A stretch of 64,000 nucleotides of DNA from a virus. The position numbers and the translations under genes are program-made. Positions 53,534 to 63,156 of this stretch are shown here, piece after piece. The notes below the pieces were generated by a model that worked only from the letters and a program-made list of their open reading frames with translations, ran no database searches and was not told the origin of the DNA. How positions within the stretch are numbered: position 1 is the first letter of the stretch; every line of letters begins with the position of its first letter. The stretch lies in the IMG/VR virus record IMGVR_UViG_3300042389_001478, positions 64,001 through 128,000 of that record; one strand, 5' to 3'.

Positions 53534-55408
53534 TTATTCTCCTGTTCTTAAAATATCTCGAATAGTCATAATTTTATCTAACATTGCTACGCCTAAAATA
53601 TCAAATTTAATTATACCCAATGATTCTAAATCTTGCATCTCCATGCCCGCTATCATCTGTTCATTTTTTGAATCATAAACCATCGGACACGATACGTTCA
53701 AGGGGTTGGCACTAATTGCTATACCAGCGGCGTGTTTGGACTGATTAGACTTCGTGCCCTCCAATCTTATAGCCTGCTCAAATCTTTTTGCAAGCGGGCC
53801 TTGTAGTTCATTCTTTTCGTCAATAAAGCACCATTCTTTGAGTTTATCTGGCTGATTTTCCAAAGCCCATCTTATAATTGATGCTTCGCCGGTCTCTTCT
53901 TTCATTTCTTGAAGATCATCGGCAATCTTAGACTCATCTGGGATACTTTTGGTAATTTTGTTCATCTCATCGAAAGAAATATTGCCATATACTCTTAATA
54001 CGTCTTTGATAGCTCCTCTGCCTTTAATGGTATTGAACGTTATCATCTGAGACACCTTATCTTGACCATAACATTGTTTAATATATTCAATAACATTTTC
54101 TCTTTTGTTAATTGGTACGTCAACATCGATATCTGGCATTGAGATATGATCTTTACTATTACGACCAGCATTATAAAATCTGTCAAAGAGGAGATTATAT
54201 TTAATTGGATCTATGCTAGTTATGCCAATCAAATATGAGACCAAACAACCTGCAGCACTTCCTCTTCCAGGTCCTGGCAGCCAATTATTAGATCTCACAT
54301 AGTTAACAATATCTTGGACAATTAAAAAGTAGCTTGATAAATCGGCACCCTGCAAAACATCAAGCTCGTACTTAATTCTATCAACATATTTTTGATGGTC
54401 TTCTTTTGGAATATCGTTAGCAATTTTTTCTCTCCAACCCTTTCTACATAATTCTCGTAGATATTCGGCATCATCCGAATTATTAGGACAGGGGAACGGA
54501 GGTAGTTGTGGCTTGTCTAGAATATTGTATTCTTCACATAAATTAGCCACAAAATTGGTATTTTCGATTTCCTCATCTGTATGAAATGATCGTATTTCTT
54601 CCTGGGATAATATATGAAAGTTATCAGAAGTAAAAAAGCATCCAAGAGGAACTTCCTCGTCGTTTGTGATCTTTCTGCTGATCTCTGGGAAGGTTGTTTT
54701 TAAATTATTGCACAGCAACACTCTCTGATCAATTGCATCCTCCTTACGGCAATAATGAGCGTCTGGCGTGGCTATGATCTTAGTGGCAGTCTGCTTGGAA
54801 AGTTCTCTCATCGCATCGGTCAATATCTTTTGGATTGGCGAGTTTTCTGAGTCCATGAGTTGAGCCTCAAGGAAAAAGTTGTCTTTTCCAAAGATCTCCT
54901 TATATAGACCAATTTGTTGAATACCAATTTCTTTCCAGTCTGGATTTAGGCTTTCTCCTAACATAATTTTATCGGCTATCGTGGAGCCAGCATGTCCACA
55001 AAAACCAATAATATTATTGTTGCAAAACTGGGCTAGTGTCGATAGATTAAGTCTTGGTTTATGGTAATAAAAGTCTGGCCTGTTGGATTCCGAAGTTATT
55101 CTTATTAAGCTTTTCCATCCTTCAAAGTTTTTTGCTAATATAACAAAATGACTAAGGTCTCTATTTTCTTTGCTTTGTATTGATGGGTCATCATTGCAAA
55201 TATATAGCTCACAACCTAGGATCGGTTTGATTCCATGCTTTTTCATTTCGGTATAAAACTTTACAGTTCCGGCGATATTGCCATGATCTGTTAGGGCACA
55301 GGAAGAAGCTCCAATTTCTTGACATCTTTCAGCCATTGTTTTTGGCTGAGATAATCCGTCCAATAAGCTATACATCGAATGACAATGGAGAGGGGTGTAA
55401 TTTTTCAT
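53534..55408 (-). CDS. dnaE: DNA polymerase III alpha subunit, N-terminal half (PHP + palm/thumb)
   Basis: LHCHSMYSLLDG, IKPILGCE, DAHY (PHP); GPGRGSAAG, LLFDRF, MPDIDVD, KHAAGI, IKFDILG (all three catalytic Asp). Confidence 0.96.
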   Translation of the reverse strand: MKNYTPLHCHSMYSLLDGLSQPKTMAERCQEIGASSCALTDHGNIAGTVKFYTEMKKHGIKPILGCELYICNDDPSIQSKENRDLSHFVILAKNFEGWKSLIRITSESNRPDFYYHKPRLNLSTLAQFCNNNIIGFCGHAGSTIADKIMLGESLNPDWKEIGIQQIGLYKEIFGKDNFFLEAQLMDSENSPIQKILTDAMRELSKQTATKIIATPDAHYCRKEDAIDQRVLLCNNLKTTFPEISRKITNDEEVPLGCFFTSDNFHILSQEEIRSFHTDEEIENTNFVANLCEEYNILDKPQLPPFPCPNNSDDAEYLRELCRKGWREKIANDIPKEDHQKYVDRIKYELDVLQGADLSSYFLIVQDIVNYVRSNNWLPGPGRGSAAGCLVSYLIGITSIDPIKYNLLFDRFYNAGRNSKDHISMPDIDVDVPINKRENVIEYIKQCYGQDKVSQMITFNTIKGRGAIKDVLRVYGNISFDEMNKITKSIPDESKIADDLQEMKEETGEASIIRWALENQPDKLKEWCFIDEKNELQGPLAKRFEQAIRLEGTKSNQSKHAAGIAISANPLNVSCPMVYDSKNEQMIAGMEMQDLESLGIIKFDILGVAMLDKIMTIRDILRTGE

Positions 55409-56448
55409 GCGGTGCTTCCGGGTGCTTTGTAGTGTCCAATACTATAACCCGGAGTCTGGTATTCGTCAATCACGGTTTCTGTGCCTTTTGTGTCTATATC
55501 GTGTTTTACTTGCTCACACTTGGTCATGCATTTATCTTTTGGTATTAGCTGGTTATCTCTGTATTCTTTTAGTGGAGTTACCGAGGTATTCTCAAATGTT
55601 GTTTTTCCAAAATGGCATAGCTTAGTACATTTCCAACTCTTGTTAAGTTGGGGTTTTTGTGTATTCTTTATAGTTTCAAATTTGTTCTTTAGCATGATTT
55701 CCGTTTTAAAAAGATCGCTTTTATCAAAACAAATAGTAAATGCTCCGCCATCATTAATAAAATCAATAGATATCATTACATGCTCAATCTCTGGATACAG
55801 GTGTTGTATCGCATAATGATATATTCTCAACTGAGGATCATTTTGCAATTTTTCATGAGTTTTTTCTTCTCCGGTTGCCCAATCTAGCCTTCTTCCGGTT
55901 TTCCAATCTATTACTTCTAAAGTCTTATCGTTTATTTTAGTGATAAGATCAATGGTACCCTTGATTGCTAAATTGCCTTCTAGTAATCCCTCTTTAGTAT
56001 CATATTTATAAGAAGACCATGGTTTTTTAATTTCAATGTCAAAATGCTGCTCTGGTTGCACTATGTTCCTATTCCTTGGGTCAAACATACCACCATTATA
56101 TTCTAGGGCTTTGTAAACCCATCCGTGACAATCTTTATAGTCTTTCAGATCCCATTCGTGGTGAGTAAATCTAGACGTATAATACTTATATACTTTTTCT
56201 ATGATTGTGTTTAGGCTATAGCTATTAATGTCTACGGCCCCCACAACATCATCTTCAAAAACATCTATCTTGTTTTGCTGATTAAGTTTGACATATGCCA
56301 ATATTTCTAGAACCTTATGTACTACAGTACCTTTGTCCGCTTTTTTATTAGACGGAGATCTCAAGCCAAGGATATATTCGAAAAAATATTGCTGAGGGCA
56401 CATTGAGTGGGTGCCGTAAGAACTACTTCTTAGATATGTTATTATAAT
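55405..56448 (-). CDS. Cas4/RecB-like PD-(D/E)xK exonuclease with Fe-S cysteines; probable ATT start
   Basis: RSSS...MCPQQYFF...GTVVHKVLE...KGTIDLI...IDWKTG...QLRIY...WKCTKLCHF...C. The frame extends 15 codons upstream of ATG 56403 to ATT 56448, behind an AGAGGGG RBS. Confidence 0.85.
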   Translation of the reverse strand: MIITYLRSSSYGTHSMCPQQYFFEYILGLRSPSNKKADKGTVVHKVLEILAYVKLNQQNKIDVFEDDVVGAVDINSYSLNTIIEKVYKYYTSRFTHHEWDLKDYKDCHGWVYKALEYNGGMFDPRNRNIVQPEQHFDIEIKKPWSSYKYDTKEGLLEGNLAIKGTIDLITKINDKTLEVIDWKTGRRLDWATGEEKTHEKLQNDPQLRIYHYAIQHLYPEIEHVMISIDFINDGGAFTICFDKSDLFKTEIMLKNKFETIKNTQKPQLNKSWKCTKLCHFGKTTFENTSVTPLKEYRDNQLIPKDKCMTKCEQVKHDIDTKGTETVIDEYQTPGYSIGHYKAPGSTA

Positions 56449-57032
56449 GAGAACACCCCTCTTTTTTGTAAAAATGATACAATGAGATTATTTTGCTCTG
56501 CAATACCAATTTTCTCATTATGTACAACTAGATCAAAATGATCAGGATTATAGTTGTCTGGATCAAGAGCAGTTTCGCTCGCATGATTAGAATTATATAG
56601 ATTTCTGGTTAGCTTTATTACTATGCCACCAGCATTCTTTACGGCCTCTACTTCATTTGGAAATCTACAATCAGCGATAACAGCTAAGCCCAAATGTTCT
56701 CGATTAATTTTAGAGATTGTAGCATTTACCCAAACCCCATTATACATTTTGCGAAAAATATCCGTACCGACTATTTGCATAACTTCTCTTGCATTAAGTT
56801 TCTGCCCCTCCCACTCTATATGAGTGGCGGTGTTTTTATCCATGTCTGATCCATAGCATTGGTCATAGCTCAATCCAAGTATATTCATGCAAATATCTTG
56901 TTTTAGTGGATCAGCAAAATTATATACTTTAGATAAGCCAGAGTATTTACTATTATAGTAGTCACATATATTTTCAGAACATGTGGTTTTTCCGGACTGT
57001 TTTCTTCCAGCAAATGCAATAATTGTACTCAT
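56442..57032 (-). CDS. Deoxynucleoside monophosphate kinase (T4 gp1-like)
   Basis: FAGRKQSGKTT P-loop, FADPLK, REVMQIVGTD, VIADCRFPNE, HASE. Confidence 0.9.
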   Translation of the reverse strand: MSTIIAFAGRKQSGKTTCSENICDYYNSKYSGLSKVYNFADPLKQDICMNILGLSYDQCYGSDMDKNTATHIEWEGQKLNAREVMQIVGTDIFRKMYNGVWVNATISKINREHLGLAVIADCRFPNEVEAVKNAGGIVIKLTRNLYNSNHASETALDPDNYNPDHFDLVVHNEKIGIAEQNNLIVSFLQKRGVFSL

Positions 57033-58189
57033 ACTATACTTTCTAGATATGGTTTAATTTCAGTATTAATTTCTTCTGAGGTCATTTCTCCCACATCAGG
57101 CTTGCTGATCGATGGAATAAAAATTCGATAAGTATTTTGACACTTTGACTTAATCTGATCAGCCGCTTTTCTGCCAGCTTCATCATTATCTGTTAAAATT
57201 ACGATAGTCATAGCGCCAGATGAATCAAGAAGAATTTTTTGTCTATCGCTCAATGACGAACCAAATATTGCAACACTGTTATGAATACCGTTTTCTTCTA
57301 GTCTCCAGACATTGCCTGGGCTTTCAACAATAATAACCTGATTACTCTTCATAATGTGTTCTTTTGCAAACCAGAAGTTGTATAAAGAATTTTGGCTTTT
57401 AAAGTTTGCGCTATGTTTCCATTTTGGATAAAGCCATTTCTTTTCGTCTGGTGGGCACTTTTCGCTTTCGTTATGATATGAGGAACAGTGGCCGCATTTA
57501 TTGGAAACGCTTCTTCCGGTACATGCTATCATATGAGTATAATCATTATTGTAGATTGGCACCACTATTCTATTATACATTTCCTTGGTGGGATTATCGC
57601 ATAGTCCAACATCGTACTTGTCAAGCGTTTGTAAAGAATATCCTCTTTTTACATAGTAGTCTGGGGACATTTGTAAATGTTTTCTTACTTGCTCTCTTGT
57701 TGGTAGTTGAGCTACTTTATCTACAGTTTGATTATCTTTAGATAAATAGCTAACTGTACTAGTAAAAGATTTTTTATCTCTTTCTGTTTTTGAGATCTTT
57801 ATATTTTTTAGGTCTTTGTTGATAAACTTAAGACAAAATTCTAAAGCCTCATTAAAACTACAGGTCTTGTCTCCATTCTCTTCCCATCCGTGCTTTTGGT
57901 GCGATAATATTCCCCTAACAAATCCTATTACAGAAGACTTAAATACTTGTTCGCATCCGTGTGTTCTACACTTCCAGTTACCCCTATACCTATCTCCTTC
58001 TGGATAGAGATTAATTGCTGACATATTATCTCCTCCATGAATGGGGCAGGACATAGAGATCATTTTATTATTAGACCTATATTCCAAACCAAAAGCATCA
58101 AGCAAAGGATATATGTTGTCGCAAATGTCGTCGCAAACTATTTTAAGTTTGGTCTGATCATTATTATTCGAACGGGATTTCTTGTTCAT
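57029..58189 (-). CDS. DNA primase (DnaG-like; zinc finger + TOPRIM)
   Basis: CPIHGGDN...WKCRTHGC zinc finger; IIVESPGNV...SVAIFGSSLS...LTDNDEAG TOPRIM; start set at MNKKS (58189). Confidence 0.88.
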   Translation of the reverse strand: MNKKSRSNNNDQTKLKIVCDDICDNIYPLLDAFGLEYRSNNKMISMSCPIHGGDNMSAINLYPEGDRYRGNWKCRTHGCEQVFKSSVIGFVRGILSHQKHGWEENGDKTCSFNEALEFCLKFINKDLKNIKISKTERDKKSFTSTVSYLSKDNQTVDKVAQLPTREQVRKHLQMSPDYYVKRGYSLQTLDKYDVGLCDNPTKEMYNRIVVPIYNNDYTHMIACTGRSVSNKCGHCSSYHNESEKCPPDEKKWLYPKWKHSANFKSQNSLYNFWFAKEHIMKSNQVIIVESPGNVWRLEENGIHNSVAIFGSSLSDRQKILLDSSGAMTIVILTDNDEAGRKAADQIKSKCQNTYRIFIPSISKPDVGEMTSEEINTEIKPYLESIV

Positions 58190-59618
58190 TTGTATTGTTG
58201 ACGATAAAACCATCTGATGATCCGCCCTTATTGTTAAGTACCTCAAGTCTAGTTTTGCCTTCTGTGATCTTGGCACACCAACCCTTCATATGACAATTGA
58301 TATAGTCATTGTCATCCAAGCCTCCTCCGTGTCTGCTGATTAGTGGCACTAATTTACGATTTCCATTATCTGGTCCATCTTCAGCTATTTCTTCTGGGGT
58401 CTTTCGCTTGAAGATACTAAAGTTACTACATAGCCATATAATACGATCAGATCCGCTAGCAGAGTCTGTGCTTTCTTTTGTGATGCCGTCTCTATTTAAT
58501 TGTATAAATGCAACAATAGGAACCTTATATCTTGTGGCAAAATTATGTAAAGAAGTCATCATAAATCCTAATACCTGATATTCTTTTAAATCTTGACTCA
58601 TGCCAGCACTATCCATTAGTTTTAGATAGTCATAAAAAATTACACATTCCTTAGCTGTGCCATCATCATTAAGACCAACTTCTTTTAGTACCCACCTTCT
58701 CATGATCGCCAGCTGATCTTCAAATGGTTGACCAGCAATGCTTTTATGAAATAGTTTAGTCTTTTTTAATTCTGTGGCCGCTGCTATTAGCTTATTCTTT
58801 TTGTCTGGGGATTCTGCAAACTTTCCGGTTTCTATAGCATTGATTTCAATTTCTGTCATCATAGCTAATATTCTATTAATATGGTCTTCTTTATTCATCT
58901 CTGTATCCATATTAAGCACTGGTATGCCTAGCTTGGCTATGTTATTGCCGATATTATCAGATAGTAATGTTTTGCCTGTTTTGGGTCTAGCTCCGATCAC
59001 ATTAACTGTTCCTTTTCTGAGACCGCCACCTATAGCATGATCATAAGCCGGAAATCCAGTAGGTATTCCAACTTGGTCAACTCTATTGTGTTCTAGGTTG
59101 TGTATATATGCGTCTAGATCATTACCGATTGGTACAGGGTTGTTGTCTGAGTCGTTAAGAAGAGAAGTGAAGTTAAATATGGTTTCTTCAGCTATGCCTA
59201 AAATAGAGCCGATAGGCTCTGTACCATTAACATCCAGTATCTTTTCTTGCGCCAACTCAAGCTGCTTGCGTAATAGTCTTGCTATTTCAAGTTTTCTAAT
59301 TTTAGCCGCAAACTTCCTCACGTTGTCAACAGCAACCGGAAAATCAATGATTGCTCTTAAATGCTGGGCTTCTTCTTTCTTTGCTAAAATATGACCAAAC
59401 CCAAGCTCTTCTGCTACAGAAAAAATAGTCGCTATATCAATATTTGGCTTCTGTTCCCTTTCACAGACGACCTTCAAGCACTTAAAGATAATAGAATTAC
59501 TATCAATTGTAAAAGAAGAGTCTTGTACAATATCTGCCACATCCAAATAAGCATCCTCTCCGTAATTACATATACCGGACAGGACAGCTCTTTCTGCTGC
59601 TGAATCACACAAAATCAT
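58164..59618 (-). CDS. dnaB: Replicative DNA helicase
   Basis: AAERAVLSG; GIPTGFPAYD...GGLRKG; GARPKTGKT Walker A; FYDYLKLM; QLNR; SGSDRI. Confidence 0.95.
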   Translation of the reverse strand: MILCDSAAERAVLSGICNYGEDAYLDVADIVQDSSFTIDSNSIIFKCLKVVCEREQKPNIDIATIFSVAEELGFGHILAKKEEAQHLRAIIDFPVAVDNVRKFAAKIRKLEIARLLRKQLELAQEKILDVNGTEPIGSILGIAEETIFNFTSLLNDSDNNPVPIGNDLDAYIHNLEHNRVDQVGIPTGFPAYDHAIGGGLRKGTVNVIGARPKTGKTLLSDNIGNNIAKLGIPVLNMDTEMNKEDHINRILAMMTEIEINAIETGKFAESPDKKNKLIAAATELKKTKLFHKSIAGQPFEDQLAIMRRWVLKEVGLNDDGTAKECVIFYDYLKLMDSAGMSQDLKEYQVLGFMMTSLHNFATRYKVPIVAFIQLNRDGITKESTDSASGSDRIIWLCSNFSIFKRKTPEEIAEDGPDNGNRKLVPLISRHGGGLDDNDYINCHMKGWCAKITEGKTRLEVLNNKGGSSDGFIVNNTNEQEIPFE

Positions 59619-59619
59619 A

Positions 59620-60033
59620 TCAACCTGCTCCTGCTGAACATTTGTTACACTTATATCTATCGAGAGAATCTGTTATTAAAACCGGATTAATATCCTCTGT
59701 TCTGCCACACACCCGGCAGGTTGCCTTAAGCATTCTAAATTTTCTGGCTCTTGGTACTGGGGGTTGAATGGCTAACTTTTTATCAACAGCAATGTCTTCT
59801 CTATGCATATTTAGTTCAGCCATTTGGTCAAACTTATTTTCTCGCAATGGCTTGGCCTTGATATCATGAGTGGCAGAATTTGCCGTCTTTTTCCTTGGCT
59901 TCCTTTTCGGCGGGGTGGTGGAATTATCCGTCCCGTCAGTTGTAGTAGAGGGTTGACCGGCTGGAGGCAACATCGCTTGCAGTAACTGAATCATTTGTTG
60001 TATTTGTTGCGGATCTAGACTTATATTATCCAT
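59620..60033 (-). CDS. Hypothetical protein with C-terminal zinc ribbon
   Basis: CRVCG...CNKC; Pro/Thr/Lys-rich N-terminal linker. Confidence 0.75.
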   Translation of the reverse strand: MDNISLDPQQIQQMIQLLQAMLPPAGQPSTTTDGTDNSTTPPKRKPRKKTANSATHDIKAKPLRENKFDQMAELNMHREDIAVDKKLAIQPPVPRARKFRMLKATCRVCGRTEDINPVLITDSLDRYKCNKCSAGAG

Positions 60034-60517
60034 GTTTCACCATTTTTATTTTTTGAATAGAAAGAAGAATATCAGACAAGTTTTTAACAGAGTTGGCTAG
60101 ATACGACAGCCTATCGGTTCTTTGCTTCGCGTATATCCTAATTTTGTTTAATGATTGTGCTTTGTCATTATGCTTAATGGCTTGGTTAGCTTTTTCAACA
60201 TATCCATAGCCCTTATAGTTATTAATATCGTCTGCGATAACTACTTTTATGGTATCGTCTGCCCAATTATTTCTAGCAATTTCTCTATTTATGGTTCTTT
60301 GTATATGGAATGCAAATTGTCCTAATCTATAAGATATTTGTCCACAGTCTTCTGGCGTAAGTTTTTCTAGCTCATCTCTATTCATTGATAAATAGTTGTT
60401 GAGCTCTGTCTCTGGTAATATGCCGCTACTGTATTTAGGCAAACCAATACCTGATTCATATTCATCAAGTAAATCATCCCAGTCATGTAGTTCTTCTTTA
60501 GCTGTTTTGTTGCTCAT
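60026..60517 (-). CDS. Hypothetical alpha-helical protein (possible UvsY-like recombination mediator)
   Basis: All-helical/coiled-coil character, about 160 aa, two genes downstream of recA. The function call is weak. Confidence 0.6.
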   Translation of the reverse strand: MSNKTAKEELHDWDDLLDEYESGIGLPKYSSGILPETELNNYLSMNRDELEKLTPEDCGQISYRLGQFAFHIQRTINREIARNNWADDTIKVVIADDINNYKGYGYVEKANQAIKHNDKAQSLNKIRIYAKQRTDRLSYLANSVKNLSDILLSIQKIKMVKHG

Positions 60518-60917
60518 TTTTTATCCTATTTAGCCATGATTCTTCATTCTCGTTAAAGGGCAACTCTATATATGAGATACCATTTATTTCACACCATTCT
60601 TTTTTTTCTTGGTCTCTCTTTTTGTGTTTTACAAAACCTAATAATGTACTATGATAAAATGGGGTAAATTTGTAGTGTTGTTCACCATGTACTTCAATAG
60701 TGCGTTTTAAAAGAGGGATATAAAAATCTAAGTATAGAGTCTCTGATCTCCTCAAAGGAACAGGTACCTCCTCCAGTATTTGCATGGTTGGGAAGCATTG
60801 ATGTATTAGCTGTCTGGCAGTCAAATGCAAAGAGGATTTATTTTTAGCGGCCCCGTGGGCTATGCCTCCAATGAGTTGCCAATTGCAAAGGTTGCCATCA
60901 AGATCTTTTATTTGCAT
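60498..60917 (-). CDS. Vsr/DUF559-like endonuclease
   Basis: LYLDFYIP...IEVHGEQHY...RDQEKKEWCEINGISYIELPF. Confidence 0.85.
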   Translation of the reverse strand: MQIKDLDGNLCNWQLIGGIAHGAAKNKSSLHLTARQLIHQCFPTMQILEEVPVPLRRSETLYLDFYIPLLKRTIEVHGEQHYKFTPFYHSTLLGFVKHKKRDQEKKEWCEINGISYIELPFNENEESWLNRIKNEQQNS

Positions 60918-61933
60918 TTAATACCCATGGTCTCTTTAACTTGTGCTAATAGGCTTTCATAAATATCTGGATGATCAACTAAGTATTGTCTAACCTTTTC
61001 TGTTCCTTGAAATTTTGGCTTATCTTCCACCGAAGTTAATGTGTACCAAGCTCCCCCTTTTTGAATTAGACCAATATCGGCAGCAAGCATTAATAGCTCC
61101 ATCTGCTTATCAATGCCTTGGCCATATCTAATATAGCTAGTAATGGTACCACCAGGAGCACCAAGCGCCGAACAAACCACTTGCCACTGTATCTCTTGTC
61201 CAATTTGTTGACCATCTTCTGATGTCCCGATTTTCCATGCCCTATGAAATTGTGCCCTTAGTTTAATATCTGTTTGATAAGCAATAGCCTGACCACTCTT
61301 CTCTTTCCATTCAACATGGCCAGTCCCAGGATTACCCATAAGATGAGTAATGCCAATCACAATATTCCTATTAACAGGAATAACATTAGCCACCTTCCTG
61401 CAAAACTTAGCTAACAACTTGGCACCATCTGCTCTTTGCATCTTGCTCATATCTGACGTAATTTCTGTCTCAGTGCATAATGCAGAGTATGAGTCTATGA
61501 TTAGTACTGATCCTGGGATTTCATTAATGATTCTTTCACCAATTTGGAGATATTCTTCTGCGTGTAATATCTTTCCTTGTTGAGAGCCAATAATATGAAA
61601 TCGTTCAAGATTGAGTCCTGGAATACCTTCTAAATCTCTTTTCTTAAGTCTTCCTTCAATATTAAGGTAATATATTTCTCTTCCTTCTTTGAATCCCTTG
61701 TAAGCGTACTCTGGTTTTTGTGCTGTAGCAGCGAAATCTAAGGATGTTGTGGTTTTTCCGCATTTAGGTTGACCGGTTAAAATCATGAAGCTACCTTCCG
61801 GCACTCCACCATTTAATATGATATCTAAGGATGGGCTTACTGGGATGGTAATTAATTTCTTGTCTACAACAGCACTTGCTGTTAGCATAATTTCATTACC
61901 AAAATCTTTAATAACGTCTTCTTTTAAGCTCAT
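60908..61933 (-). CDS. recA: RecA/UvsX-family recombinase
   Basis: SPSLDIILNGGVPEG, GQPKCGKTT Walker A, LIIDSYSAL Walker B, ITHL, SGQAI, YGQGID, GLIQKGGAWY. Confidence 0.92.
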   Translation of the reverse strand: MSLKEDVIKDFGNEIMLTASAVVDKKLITIPVSPSLDIILNGGVPEGSFMILTGQPKCGKTTTSLDFAATAQKPEYAYKGFKEGREIYYLNIEGRLKKRDLEGIPGLNLERFHIIGSQQGKILHAEEYLQIGERIINEIPGSVLIIDSYSALCTETEITSDMSKMQRADGAKLLAKFCRKVANVIPVNRNIVIGITHLMGNPGTGHVEWKEKSGQAIAYQTDIKLRAQFHRAWKIGTSEDGQQIGQEIQWQVVCSALGAPGGTITSYIRYGQGIDKQMELLMLAADIGLIQKGGAWYTLTSVEDKPKFQGTEKVRQYLVDHPDIYESLLAQVKETMGIKCK

Positions 61934-62349
61934 TGGTCTAGATCCTTCAATTTAGAAATAATGTTTTTTGATTGAGATTTACTGCTACCAAAAGAGATAT
62001 TTTCTTTTCTCTCAATATTAAGAGTAAGATCAGTATTTTCTTGTAATATTATCTGTTCTTGGCTCTCTATCATAGCGGGAAGATGCGGCGCTCGCAAAGA
62101 ATAGATTTTTCTACCTTGATCAGTGTTCAGAGCCCTTATGATAGCTTTAGCAGAATATTGCTTAAGCAACTTGTGGGCGGAGCCTATTTGGTTTCTATAA
62201 AAAGCAGACCAGCTTTTTTCTACCCAAAATCTATAATGAAGGTCTTGCTTACTGGTTTGTGCTTTTCTTTCACAGATAATTTCTGTTATAAACTGAGCAG
62301 ATGACACAGATTTGCCGTTGGAGTACTTGGATAAATATTTATCAGGCAT
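61930..62349 (-). CDS. Hypothetical protein, 139 aa
   Basis: ATGA-type overlap with recA; tiles the operon. Confidence 0.75.
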   Translation of the reverse strand: MPDKYLSKYSNGKSVSSAQFITEIICERKAQTSKQDLHYRFWVEKSWSAFYRNQIGSAHKLLKQYSAKAIIRALNTDQGRKIYSLRAPHLPAMIESQEQIILQENTDLTLNIERKENISFGSSKSQSKNIISKLKDLDQ

Positions 62350-62803
62350 CAGCGTTTTGATTGTTGGTGTGTATTTCTTGGCAAGTAAGCTCTAGATTGC
62401 TGTGGAATTTTTCAAAAAATTTATCCACATAGATTCTATAGTCTTTTTGATTCCGTACTGGAATATGATAATACTTTTCAAATAGATCTTTGGTTTCAGC
62501 TAAATGTCCGTTTTCGTCTATTTCTGATACTTCTGCCTTAACATAAACCGTAATTTCATGTGGCGCATTGGTAATATGTTTAGGATGCAATATTTCCGGG
62601 TGCTTTTCGCTGAAGTCCAGGGGTTCGTCGTTATCTATATTATCTAGCTTTTTATCTTGAGCTTTTTCAAGAATTTTACCAATTTTTAGTTCGAAATTTT
62701 CGAATAGGCTTTTTTCTTCTGGGGAAAGATTTTCATAAAGTAGTCGAATCTCTTTCTCAACATCATAAGCTTCTTTATCTATTGAAGTATTTTCTTCGCT
62801 CAT
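62342..62803 (-). CDS. Hypothetical acidic protein, 153 aa
   Basis: Tiles the operon; no motif recognised. Confidence 0.7.
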   Translation of the reverse strand: MSEENTSIDKEAYDVEKEIRLLYENLSPEEKSLFENFELKIGKILEKAQDKKLDNIDNDEPLDFSEKHPEILHPKHITNAPHEITVYVKAEVSEIDENGHLAETKDLFEKYYHIPVRNQKDYRIYVDKFFEKFHSNLELTCQEIHTNNQNADA

Positions 62804-62811
62804 ATAATAAT

Positions 62812-63156
62812 CTATTTCTTAAAAGGTCTGAAGATACCATTTTGAGTATCTGACTTCGGACTACCCTTTTTCTTTAGTTCGTCATTTAATGAAGATGCTT
62901 GCTGGGTCATAATAGCTACACTTCTTGTTCGTGATGCGCTCTCTGTGATCATTAGATCTTTAGACTTAATTTTACCAACAGGAGAAGATGTTGTTGGAAT
63001 ACTATTGGTCTGGGTTTCAGCAATATGTATTTTATCAACCACACCCTTAACCTGCTTGTCAGTTAAAGATAATTCCTCTGCTATCTTTGTGTTATCCAAG
63101 CCCTGATGGTTTAACCACAGTACTGCATATGTTAGAGTCTTATTCATTTTAGCCAT
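62812..63156 (-). CDS. Hypothetical protein with N-terminal HTH
   Basis: AVLWLNHQGLDNTKIAEELSLTDKQV resembles a helix-turn-helix. Confidence 0.7.
   Translation of the reverse strand: MAKMNKTLTYAVLWLNHQGLDNTKIAEELSLTDKQVKGVVDKIHIAETQTNSIPTTSSPVGKIKSKDLMITESASRTRSVAIMTQQASSLNDELKKKGSPKSDTQNGIFRPFKK

Noticed and set aside
52560-53600. Split intein at the dnaE break
   Set aside because: dnaE-N ends in ...RDILRTGE with no intein-N block, dnaE-C has no intein-C block with terminal His-Asn/Cys, and the canonical cyanobacterial insertion site is uninterrupted.
55405-56448. Cas4-like gene as evidence of a CRISPR-Cas locus
   Set aside because: No repeat-spacer array and no other cas gene seen; solo Cas4/RecB-like nucleases are common in phage replication modules.
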